Part shown: positions 55,871 to 64,000 of the stretch, piece after piece
Numbering within the stretch: the first letter of the stretch is position 1
How the letters are laid out: each line of letters opens with the position of its first letter
From: Planktothrix sp.
GTDB lineage: Bacteria > Cyanobacteriota > Vampirovibrionia > Obscuribacterales > Obscuribacteraceae
Direction: 5' to 3'
DNA: 64,000 nucleotides
NCBI GenBank assembly: GCA_036703195.1
Contig: DATNPN010000018.1
Coordinates: 52,631 to 116,630 of the forward strand
Program-made: the position numbers and the translations under genes
Notes under the pieces: generated by a model
Told to the model about the DNA's origin: nothing
Seen by the model: only the letters and a program-made list of their open reading frames with translations
Database searches by the model: none

Positions 55871-57697
55871 ATGAAGCTGACAACTGTTCTTAAAAAGTCT
55901 ATTGTCGGACTGACGGCGGCTCTGCTCATGGCGGCGCTCTGCTCATGGCTGTACGATCTGAGCGTCGGAGCGATACCGCGCACTACCGTTCTCGACGGCA
56001 ATACACCTTCTGTTTTGTATCAAGCTCAATACGTGGGTCGATCGCAGCCACAGCAGACACTGCAAGTAGTGGTCGGATTGAAGCTGCGAAATGGCGCCGC
56101 ATTGGATGCATTGATCGCACAACAGTCTGACCCGAACTCGCCGCAGTTCAGGCACTATCTCACTCCGCAACAGTTCATGCAGCAGTTCGGGCCGACCCAG
56201 GTGGACGTCGATACTGCCGTGCAATACTTCACTTCGCAGGGACTGAAAGTGGTGCAGGTGGCGCCGAATAACGTGGTCATCGAACTGGAAGGCACTACCG
56301 CTCAGGTGGAAAAAGCGTTCAACGTGCACCTGAATCGTTATAGCCTGCAGGGTGTCGCCAGCTTGCCCAACGGCATGTACATGAGCAACAACCAGGACCC
56401 GTCTGTGCCTTCGTCGCTGGCCGATATCGTGCAATCTGTGAGCGGGTTGAATGACTTTAGCCAGTTGCACAGCCGCATGCTGAAAAGCGGTAAGCAACCG
56501 GCCAAACCGAATGTCCCTGAAGGCTATACGCCGCAAGACATCGCCGGCGCCTACAACTTCCCCAACGCCAACAACTGGCAGTCCTCGGTGAAGTACTCCG
56601 GAAAAGGGCACACCGTCGCAATCGCCACGGTTTACGGCTATCTGCAGTCTGATGTAGACGGTTATTGGAAACAGTTTGGCGTGGCGCGAACTGGGACGAT
56701 TACGAACGTCCCGATAAACGGCAAGACCAAGAAAATCGACGGTGAGAGTACGCTTGATCTGGAGACCGTCGGTGCCCAGGCGCCGGGTGCGGACATTCGC
56801 ATGTACATCGGCTCCAACCCGGCGTTTAAAACCTTTACTCTCATCTTCAACCAGATCGTGGTGGATGACAAAGCCGATGTCGTGTCGGTTAGCTGGGGAT
56901 CGTGCGAGAGCCATACCGGCACGGCGCAGATTCAGACCGAGTCGTCCATCTTCAAACAGGCGGCAGCGCAAGGCATCGCGGTTTTCTCCTCTTCCGGGGA
57001 CGACGGCGCCTACGATTGCGCTGAGAAGAAGAATCCCCGCTATGCGGTTGATTATCCGTCATCAGATGTGAATGTCACCGCAGTTGGTGGCACGCAGCTG
57101 TGGCTGCTGGGAACCTTTCGCTTGTTCGAAAGTGCTTGGAGCGACTCGGGTGGCGGTACCTCGACCACCTTCGCCCGGCCGGCCTGGCAGAGTGGTGCGG
57201 GAGTTACTGCCGGCGCCATGCGCAACACTGCCGATGTCTCGATGGATGCCGACCCGGAGACGGGCTACGCATTTTTCAGCAACGGTAAGTGGGTGCAGTT
57301 AGGTGGCACCAGCGTCTCCACTCCTGACTGGGCGTCACTGTGGATTCTCGCAGTGGATGCTACGGGAAGCCGGATGGGTCCTGCCAATCCGTCAATTTAT
57401 CGCATCGCCAACTCCGCCGATTATGCCAAGGTGTTCATCGACATTACGCGCGGTGACAACGGACGTAGTGCCAAAGATCCTGGCTTCAACGCAGGCCTTG
57501 GCTACGACAATCCGACGGGATGGGGCGTGCCGAATGGTACTGCCCTCGTGCAGTGGTTGATGCAGTGGCAGCGCGCAGTGCCAGCTCCAACCGGTCAAGC
57601 TCCGCTTACGGCCGGCACGGACAAGTCGCCTGCTAAACCGCTGCCTCCTCAAGTGATCGGTCCGGACCTGCATGACGGCAAGGCAAAACCAAGGTAA
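55871..57697 (+). CDS. S53 (sedolisin/kumamolisin-like) serine peptidase with a pro-domain
   Basis: It has a signal peptide, a pro-kumamolisin-like activation region, and C-terminal motifs SGDDGAYDC… and GGTSVSTPDWASL (catalytic Ser). Confidence 0.7.
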   Translation: MKLTTVLKKSIVGLTAALLMAALCSWLYDLSVGAIPRTTVLDGNTPSVLYQAQYVGRSQPQQTLQVVVGLKLRNGAALDALIAQQSDPNSPQFRHYLTPQQFMQQFGPTQVDVDTAVQYFTSQGLKVVQVAPNNVVIELEGTTAQVEKAFNVHLNRYSLQGVASLPNGMYMSNNQDPSVPSSLADIVQSVSGLNDFSQLHSRMLKSGKQPAKPNVPEGYTPQDIAGAYNFPNANNWQSSVKYSGKGHTVAIATVYGYLQSDVDGYWKQFGVARTGTITNVPINGKTKKIDGESTLDLETVGAQAPGADIRMYIGSNPAFKTFTLIFNQIVVDDKADVVSVSWGSCESHTGTAQIQTESSIFKQAAAQGIAVFSSSGDDGAYDCAEKKNPRYAVDYPSSDVNVTAVGGTQLWLLGTFRLFESAWSDSGGGTSTTFARPAWQSGAGVTAGAMRNTADVSMDADPETGYAFFSNGKWVQLGGTSVSTPDWASLWILAVDATGSRMGPANPSIYRIANSADYAKVFIDITRGDNGRSAKDPGFNAGLGYDNPTGWGVPNGTALVQWLMQWQRAVPAPTGQAPLTAGTDKSPAKPLPPQVIGPDLHDGKAKPR

Positions 57698-57711
57698 CTA
57701 CTGAATTTTCT

Positions 57712-57765
57712 CGGGGCCGGCAAGTTCTAAACTTGGAATTTGGCCGGCCCCGTCTTTTTCATTCC
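57712..57765 (+). terminator. Rho-independent terminator
   Basis: CGGGGCCGGC…GCCGGCCCCG has a 21-nt loop (itself a mini-hairpin) and is followed by TCTTTTTC. Confidence 0.5.
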
Positions 57766-58061
57766 GATACTATATTCGGTGCATATATTATAATAAATAG
57801 TAAGTTTGAACGAAATGTCATCTCACCACTTTTGCTCTGCGCATCTCGGGCGAACCGTGAAGATGCGTGGCTTGGAGCAGGCTTGGCGGAATTAGGTGTG
57901 GTTTTTCGGCGGGGAAGATGCGAAAGGAGCATTCGTCCGCCTGATAAACCCCCGATCGGGGCAGGGCTGATTCCCGGAAACCAAACCTGGTTTGACGATA
58001 GAGCGTTTGCCCTCGAGCTGGGTACATTTGTACTAGTTGAGTTCGGCCGTCCCAAAAACTG

Positions 58062-59603
58062 ATGCCTGAGATAATAGAGCAGAGCAAAGTGTGCATGAAA
58101 TGCGGCAAGGCATTTGATGCTGAACTCGTTCTTTGCCCGGATGACGGCGGCGTGCTGTTGACCAACTCCAAGCTCGCCGACCCGATGCTTGGCACCACTT
58201 TGATGGACAGGTACGAAATAATGGACGTCGCCGGAAAGGGCGGCATGGGTGTTGTCTACCGAGCTCGACACACAGGGCTCGATCGCGTCGTCGCCGTCAA
58301 AGTGCTGAAGGCGGACCTGATTTACGACGAAAAGAGTTCGCTGCGATTCCAAGTCGAAGCACTGGCCGCCAGCCGGCTTAAACATCCAAACGTCATCTCC
58401 GTTTATGACTATGGGGTTTCACCTTCGGGACAACCTTTTCTGGTGATGGACCTGATCGAAGGCGAGAGTCTGACACAGTTCATCACGCCAGAAACTCTGA
58501 TGGATTACAAACGAGCGGTTCCCATCTTTATGCAGACCTGCAGCGCGTTAGAACATGCGCATCGCAACGAGATCATTCACCGCGACGTAAAACCGAGCAA
58601 CATTATTCTCGTCGACCTGGAAGGACAGCGAGATCACGTGCTCATCGTCGACTTCGGCATCGCGCAGTTGGGTCTGTTGGCTGATGATGGTTTGCGTTTG
58701 ACGCAGACGGGCGAGATCTTCGGCAGTCCGCTCTACATGAGTCCTGAGCAATGCATGGGTGAAAAAATCGATAAGCGCACCGACGTCTACTCGCTCGGTG
58801 CAGTCATGTACGAGGTTCTGACCGGTGTTCCGCCGCTCATGGGCAAAACTTCGGTCGACACCATTCGCCGAAAACTGTCGGAGAATGCAAAACCGTTCAA
58901 GATTGCCCGACCGCAAGTAAATGTGCCGGAGCCTCTGGAAGGAGTCGTGCTCAAAGCTCTTGCAATCGAGCCCAAGCATCGTTTTCAAAGCATGGACGAA
59001 CTGCGCTCTGCCATCGAGGCGGCCATGCGCGGCGACACGGTGGTGGCGCTCAACACCTCTACTGGTCTGCCGGAAATCGGCAAGACTGATTTCTCGAACA
59101 TCGATCAGCAGCTCGAATTAGAGTCCGAAAAAAAGACGATGTCGGTCGACAAAATCAAGGCGCGGGCGAAGGCGGAAGCGTTTCTCGGCGTAGAGAAAGA
59201 GAGAGCTGAAGAAGGCAGCGCCGTTAATCTCGAGATCTTGAAGGATATCGACGATGTCAAAAAGAAACCGTTGCCGAACTTCCTGGCGCCACTCGCCGGC
59301 GCGATCATACTGATAGCGGTCGGGTGCTGGTTTTTCCTTTTCGGCGGCAAGCAGCTGCTCATGCCTGAACACACCAACTCAAAGAGTGAGAGCGCTAAAG
59401 TCACCGGCAAGATCGAGAAGCTTATGGTCAGAGGCAAGAAGCGCACTCTCACTGTGGAATCGAAGACCGGGTGGGTTTCGCTCAGTGCTGATGGAGGCAC
59501 CGTCATAAACGGCACGTTGAGAAATGGCGTCGTCGCCACTGTTGTGTACTGGAACAAAAACGGCAATAACCATGCCGTCAAAATTACGGTTCAGACTCGC
59601 TAA
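58062..59603 (+). CDS. Hanks-type Ser/Thr protein kinase with an N-terminal zinc ribbon and a C-terminal TM plus extracytoplasmic tail
   Basis: It has CMKCGK…C at the N-terminus, GKGGMGVVYRA, VAVKVLK, HRDVKPSNIIL, DFGIA and SPE motifs, and a TM (LAPLAGAIILIAVGCWFFLF). Confidence 0.85.
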   Translation: MPEIIEQSKVCMKCGKAFDAELVLCPDDGGVLLTNSKLADPMLGTTLMDRYEIMDVAGKGGMGVVYRARHTGLDRVVAVKVLKADLIYDEKSSLRFQVEALAASRLKHPNVISVYDYGVSPSGQPFLVMDLIEGESLTQFITPETLMDYKRAVPIFMQTCSALEHAHRNEIIHRDVKPSNIILVDLEGQRDHVLIVDFGIAQLGLLADDGLRLTQTGEIFGSPLYMSPEQCMGEKIDKRTDVYSLGAVMYEVLTGVPPLMGKTSVDTIRRKLSENAKPFKIARPQVNVPEPLEGVVLKALAIEPKHRFQSMDELRSAIEAAMRGDTVVALNTSTGLPEIGKTDFSNIDQQLELESEKKTMSVDKIKARAKAEAFLGVEKERAEEGSAVNLEILKDIDDVKKKPLPNFLAPLAGAIILIAVGCWFFLFGGKQLLMPEHTNSKSESAKVTGKIEKLMVRGKKRTLTVESKTGWVSLSADGGTVINGTLRNGVVATVVYWNKNGNNHAVKITVQTR

Positions 59604-59647
59604 GTGATACAAATCGTGCCGCGCCAGTCATTCGGGAAAGCCAGTGG

Positions 59648-60217
59648 TCATTGTCCGCGATCTGCTTTCAGCCGTTCTCTGGCCTTGTTCAAGGACTCGT
59701 CATACAGCTCGTCCAGTGCATTGCAGTGTCCGCGCAAACCGTGCACTACTTTCTCTGTCCAATCCAGATATTCGCCCCGGCGGTCGAGCGACCAGTCAGA
59801 TGGAGGCAGTGAAGCCATCGCTGACACGTTGCTGATTTTGTCTGCCATCTTCACGAGTTTGGCTTGACCGGATTTGTGTGGCGCTGTCTCAATTTGCGCT
59901 CGCTTGCGATCTTGCTTGCCCAGTGTTTTATCATCCGTGCACTCCATCACGATCTTGCGGATGTCGCTGCCGAATTCGTTCTCTATCTCTTCCGGTGTCG
60001 TGTCAGTGTCTTCGACGGTGTCATGCAGTATGGCAGCTGCCAATGTGCTGGCATCTTGCACCGATCCTACCGTACTCAAAATCGTGGCTACTTCGATAGG
60101 ATGATTGATGTACGGGATGTCGCTGCTGCCCTTGCGTCTTTGCTTTGTGTGCTTAATCGAGGCAAACTTGAGGGCGCGAAAAAGTAGCTGCATGTCTTTC
60201 TGTTCGTTCATCTTCAC
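59648..60217 (-). CDS. HD-domain (p)ppGpp-hydrolase-like protein (second SpoT-type HD paralog)
   Basis: It has the motifs …AAILHDTVEDT…KLVKMADKISN…. Confidence 0.7.
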   Translation of the reverse strand: MKMNEQKDMQLLFRALKFASIKHTKQRRKGSSDIPYINHPIEVATILSTVGSVQDASTLAAAILHDTVEDTDTTPEEIENEFGSDIRKIVMECTDDKTLGKQDRKRAQIETAPHKSGQAKLVKMADKISNVSAMASLPPSDWSLDRRGEYLDWTEKVVHGLRGHCNALDELYDESLNKARERLKADRGQ

Positions 60218-60682
60218 TCTCTGCTTTAGCTTTTATCTTCCCCCTCAGTATAGAACGTTTCCCGCGCACAGCTCTTGCCGCATGCTGCATGGTACCTGCA
60301 GCGGGCGGGCGAATGGGACCCGATCCCTCGCGAACTGGTGCGAACGTTGCAACAAATGTTTTCACTTTAGAGCGACGAGATGCCACGTCATTGCAGCGCC
60401 GAGATCGGTTGCTGCTCGACCCATCGCTTCACGCACACGTGCTTCATATTCTTCGCTCCCTGATTGATCGTCGGGCCCGAGTTTATCTAGGGTGAGGCTT
60501 TGCACTTTCGTTCTCACAAATTTCTGAATTCGAGAAATTAACTAGCCGCTGAATTTATAAGCCTTAGCGATAGAACGGAGCGGAAAACCGCTTCGTGTGT
60601 GTGAACTGCAACAGTTGATTGATTGGCTCGCCAAGCGAGACTTCATTCGACTGAGATGCTAACTTTTTCAAGGAGGTGCCTT

Positions 60683-61264
60683 ATGGCCGCAAAACTAATT
60701 GTCGGTCTGGGCAACCCAGAACCGCAGTTTGCCTGGACCCGCCACAACGCAGGGTTTCACGTTCTCTCCAGTCTGGCGGCGATCGATGTCTTCGCGTCGA
60801 TAGAAACCGCCGATTGTGCTGTCATCACCATTGCTTCGGCGGAGGTGGTTTTGGCGCGTCCGGTGACTGGAATGAACTCCACCGGTAAGGCTGTCAAAGC
60901 TTTGCTGCAATCATGGTCGTTTTCGCCGAGCGACTTGCTTATCGTGCAAGATGACGTATCGCTGCCCATGGGTAGGATGCGCTTTCAACACGGTGGCGGT
61001 GCCGGCGGTCATCACGGAATCGAGTCGACCATTCAAGAACTCAATGGTGAGAGTGGTTTCGATAGACTAAAGCTGGGTGTTGGTCCGGATGTCCGCGGTG
61101 ATTTGCGCGCGCAGTTTTTGCTAGGACCAATCGCCGACGATGTGACCGAGTTGTACAACCAATCCGTAGCGACTGCTGCAGATGCCGTCAAACATTGGGT
61201 CGAATCCGGTGTGCAATCTGCGATGTCACGTTTTAACGGCGTCAATCTGGCTAAGAGAAGCTAA
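60683..61264 (+). CDS. pth: Peptidyl-tRNA hydrolase
   Basis: It has the motifs MAAKLIVGLGNPEPQFAWTRHNAGF and …HGGGAGGHHGIESTI…. AAGGAGG lies upstream of the ATG at 60683. Confidence 0.75.
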   Translation: MAAKLIVGLGNPEPQFAWTRHNAGFHVLSSLAAIDVFASIETADCAVITIASAEVVLARPVTGMNSTGKAVKALLQSWSFSPSDLLIVQDDVSLPMGRMRFQHGGGAGGHHGIESTIQELNGESGFDRLKLGVGPDVRGDLRAQFLLGPIADDVTELYNQSVATAADAVKHWVESGVQSAMSRFNGVNLAKRS

Positions 61265-61336
61265 CGACGCGTGCGTTAAACCAGTCCGTGTGCGCGCAGC
61301 GCATGCTGTTTTTCACCGAATAGAAAGGAATTTCGC

Positions 61337-62293
61337 ATGTCTCAAATCTATCTGGATACAACCGTCGTGGACAACTTCCCTGGTTTTCCTACGACCAAAT
61401 CGGGCACCGATGAAACCGTCGCCAGCGACGGCAAAAATTACAAAGCTGTCGTCACCGGTCCGGGAACCTTCAAGGTGCTGATCGCTGGCGCCGTAGTCAA
61501 GTCGCAAGTGGTGCCGGCAGCGCGAGTGGACATTCTGCTCGACGACATCACACCGTTCAACGCGCCAGAGGGCGCCGGTATCGGGGTCGAGTTCGTCGTC
61601 AGCCCGCCGGAAGGCAACAGCGAGCAGAAGGAAGAAGTGCTGCGCTACCGTTTTGTGCGGGGCGAAGACTTCTTTACTTTCGAAGATGCCTACCGTAGCC
61701 GCCAGGAAAATCTGCGCCTGAAGCAAGAGGCAGAACGTGGTGGCGCTAACTCTCTGCGCGTGGCTGCCAGCCGCGCCCTGTCCGTCACCAGTGGTGATGC
61801 CAGCGAGAACATTAAAGGGTTCATCAACTCTGTCGGCGCCCTCCCTTATATCAGGCTCGCCAGCGTGCTCTCGGGCAACGGTGAGTATGCAGTGACAGAG
61901 GCGATGGCCGCTTTCGACGTGCTCTTCGAAAAGGCCGCCAAGGGCATTCTCTTCACTTTGCCGAACGAAACCTGGTTTCACCGGGTGGTAGTGGCAGCTG
62001 CCAGCCGTCAGTCCGAGCCTTTGCCGCTTCGACGGGAGTCTGTCGAGGCGTTTGTGCAGGAGTTGAGAGACTCGCCCGCCGGTCAAATCCTGGCAGCGAA
62101 GACGAAGGAGTTCGGCGGCAAGCCGTTTACAGGGCGAGAGCTCGTTCTTCTCGTGCGTGCCGGCGCCATCGTCCAAGACCCACCCCATGCCGACGGCAGG
62201 CTCGGACGCATCAGGGTCAACCGTGCGTTCATGGCGGCTGGACACGAGGAAAGCCTCAACTACTTCCTGCGGCTAACTCCGTACGACAAATAA
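61337..62293 (+). CDS. Hypothetical protein
   Basis: The plus-strand ORF with upstream AAAGGA is preferred over the fully overlapping minus-strand ORF 61313..62245. Confidence 0.4.
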   Translation: MSQIYLDTTVVDNFPGFPTTKSGTDETVASDGKNYKAVVTGPGTFKVLIAGAVVKSQVVPAARVDILLDDITPFNAPEGAGIGVEFVVSPPEGNSEQKEEVLRYRFVRGEDFFTFEDAYRSRQENLRLKQEAERGGANSLRVAASRALSVTSGDASENIKGFINSVGALPYIRLASVLSGNGEYAVTEAMAAFDVLFEKAAKGILFTLPNETWFHRVVVAAASRQSEPLPLRRESVEAFVQELRDSPAGQILAAKTKEFGGKPFTGRELVLLVRAGAIVQDPPHADGRLGRIRVNRAFMAAGHEESLNYFLRLTPYDK

Positions 62294-62348
62294 ACGGTAC
62301 GCAGATCTAGCAAACCTTCGGGCTACTCGCCCGATATGGAGGTTTCAT

Positions 62349-63134
62349 ATGGCATCGAAAAATGCCTCCCCAAAGCGGTTTTCGCAGGGAGGCTCGTTGG
62401 CTTTGCTTCTCGGTTTGAACATCGGGCTGTTCGCTCTGACAGTGTTGGTTCCGTTGGCAGCGCTCATCCTGATTCCGCTCAACACGCTGGTTACGACCCT
62501 GCATGAGCTCGGTCACGCTCTCGCCTGCCTCGCCACCGGCGGTAGTGTCAGTGCCATGACCATCGTCTCTGATGGTCAGGGTCACGGCGGGCTCACCTGG
62601 ACCCGCGGCGGCATCGCTCCCATTGTCGATTCCGCCGGCTATCTGGGCGCCGCGTTCTTCGGTTGTCTCTTCATTTTCCTCGGTCGCCACCAGGAAAATG
62701 CGAAGAAGGTGCTCGTCGGTCTGGGTGTGCTGATTGGACTGGCAGCGGTGTTTCTCGTCGGTCGTGGGCTGATTCAGCCGCCACCCGACGCGAACACAGT
62801 GCAGATCCTGAAAAGCCTCGGCGTTTGCCTGAGCATGTCGGCCGCACTGATCTTCCTCGGTACCAAACTCAACCAGGCTGTAGCGCACGTCCTTTTGCTC
62901 GTCATCGCCGGCCAAACGGCACTGAATGCGCTTATGGACACGCTCGGGTTGATCATGATCCATCTGCATCTGGTGCCCTACGGCGGTGAATTCACCGACG
63001 CCACCAACATGGCCGCGGCGACGCACTTGCCGGCCGGCTTGTGGAGCATTGTCTGGGGGCTGACGGCGCTCGGCATGCTCATCGTCACGCTGAAGCTGTC
63101 CTACGGCAGCAAGGCTGCTAAAAGCAAGTCCTAA
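62349..63134 (+). CDS. Membrane metalloprotease-like protein (M50B-like) with HExxH in a TM helix
   Basis: HELGHALACLATGG lies within a hydrophobic segment. It has six or more TM helices. Confidence 0.5.
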   Translation: MASKNASPKRFSQGGSLALLLGLNIGLFALTVLVPLAALILIPLNTLVTTLHELGHALACLATGGSVSAMTIVSDGQGHGGLTWTRGGIAPIVDSAGYLGAAFFGCLFIFLGRHQENAKKVLVGLGVLIGLAAVFLVGRGLIQPPPDANTVQILKSLGVCLSMSAALIFLGTKLNQAVAHVLLLVIAGQTALNALMDTLGLIMIHLHLVPYGGEFTDATNMAAATHLPAGLWSIVWGLTALGMLIVTLKLSYGSKAAKSKS

Positions 63135-63204
63135 TTCACATAGCTGCTAGAAGGCGGACGGCTTCCATGCTGTCCGCCTTCGCGCTGTGAAGAAATGAGG
63201 AAGT

Positions 63205-63762
63205 ATGAGAAAGGCGCGTTTAATTCTCGTCTTTGCTGGCTCGGTGTTAGTTGCCGGCAGTGCTGTTGCCCAAACATCTGCGATCTCGGTCAAGGACCTT
63301 TGTACATCGTTGCCGTCGACCGCTCAATTGCCGGCTTGCTCGGGCAAAAGCGATTCCCCTTCGAAGTCTGTGAAACACGAGTTTGACGCTCAGGTGAAAA
63401 GCGCGACCGGCGATCGCAAAATGCAGCTCAAAGAGTTGGAGCGATATCAGAGTGCTCTGGGCGAAGTCGAGTACGCTCTCACCCAAGCGGCTGCACACAA
63501 GGGCGCGGGTGATTGGGCCGTGCTTCAACTCGGCAAGCATGACCTGACCATCAACCGAGGCACTCAGCCTGTCATCATCAGCTCCGTGCGGGAAGACTGG
63601 ACTGCTGGTGCCAGACTGACTGCCGATAGCCCAGTTTGGCTCTGGCAATATCTCCAGGGCAAAGGTTTGAAAGTGACAGTTGAAAAGCGACTGCGCCAGG
63701 AGAAGAGCATCCACAGCTGGTGGTACGACGAGTACTGGGCTCTGGTTGTCTCTTGGAGCTAA
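63205..63762 (+). CDS. Secreted hypothetical protein
   Basis: It has a signal peptide (MRKARLILVFAGSVLVAGSAVAQ). Confidence 0.4.
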   Translation: MRKARLILVFAGSVLVAGSAVAQTSAISVKDLCTSLPSTAQLPACSGKSDSPSKSVKHEFDAQVKSATGDRKMQLKELERYQSALGEVEYALTQAAAHKGAGDWAVLQLGKHDLTINRGTQPVIISSVREDWTAGARLTADSPVWLWQYLQGKGLKVTVEKRLRQEKSIHSWWYDEYWALVVSWS

Positions 63763-64000
63763 CTCCAGAATAGCCAAGGCTTGCCAGAAGGCAGTGACCA
63801 TGAGCAGAAGCTGCCCCGGCGATCGCCGTCTGCAGCTTTTGTTCATGCTCATCAAAAAAGGTAAGTATTCGGCCAAGACAGGTAGGGCAAATCGGCTGTA
63901 AATCCAGCTTGCTCTGGCGCTTTTTGCGATTTTCTGACCTTTTTGCGCTTTAAATATCGTTACCCTGGGCGCTTGTATGAGGCTGGGAGCTTGAACTGTT

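Noticed and set aside
61313-62245. 310-aa minus-strand ORF versus the 318-aa plus-strand ORF (61337..62293), which cover the same DNA
   Set aside because: Only one can be real. The plus-strand ORF has an AAAGGA RBS and less Arg-biased composition, so it was chosen. Confidence is modest.
1-64000. Search for tRNA, rRNA, CRISPR arrays, transposases, integrases and att-like repeats
   Set aside because: I found no T-loop or GTTCGAATC-type tRNA signatures in the intergenic regions, no spacer-repeat arrays, and no transposase or integrase motifs in any ORF. The only tandem repeat is the coding 18-bp array.

Overview
This is a high-GC (about 60%) bacterial chromosomal window with dense coding on both strands. 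It carries no rRNA, tRNA, CRISPR or obvious mobile-element genes. The content looks Gram-negative (Tad-type pseudopilins, an OMP-like beta-barrel, an AMIN+TPR protein, a DUF4388 protein, S53 and S8 peptidases, and a Hanks-type kinase), and most of it is accessory or envelope-related rather than core housekeeping.

The most notable element is a compact, translationally coupled four-gene ubiquitin-like conjugation operon at 8674-12871. It encodes a small beta-grasp Ubl, a roughly 680-aa protein with an N-terminal transmembrane helix and two tandem copies of a Cys-bearing domain (a candidate E2-like module), a JAB/MPN+ metallopeptidase with a perfect HxHx7Sx2D motif, and a minimal ThiF/MoeB-type E1. 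I propose that the large tandem-domain component has not been characterised in this combination and that the system is a candidate defense or protein-tagging system.

Immediately upstream is a second operon that looks like a tailoring cluster: a PhyH-type Fe/2OG dioxygenase, a fusion of a GT-B-like domain to an HPr-kinase-like P-loop kinase, and a GT1 glycosyltransferase. These are followed by an acidic Trp-rich repeat protein and a secreted protein built from about 20 octapeptide repeats.

Other items of note:
- a stand-alone Rnl-type ATP-dependent RNA ligase;
- two small-alarmone-hydrolase-like HD proteins;
- a divergent FtsH paralog followed by three tiny ORFs, one of them missing from the ORF track;
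- an orphan OmpR-type response regulator with ACGTGAC direct repeats in its 520-bp upstream region;
- a patatin-like phospholipase plus M28 peptidase pair flanked by SPFH/flotillin genes;
- a 1641-aa Pro/Gln-rich TM+TPR giant protein containing an in-frame 18-bp tandem DNA repeat array (QQQQPL)n;
- a low-GC islet (about 27780-28310) with a Cys-rich small ORF;
- housekeeping genes: class I FBA, methylmalonyl-CoA epimerase, FtcD, Pth, beta-carbonic anhydrase and a heptose-1-P adenylyltransferase-like protein.
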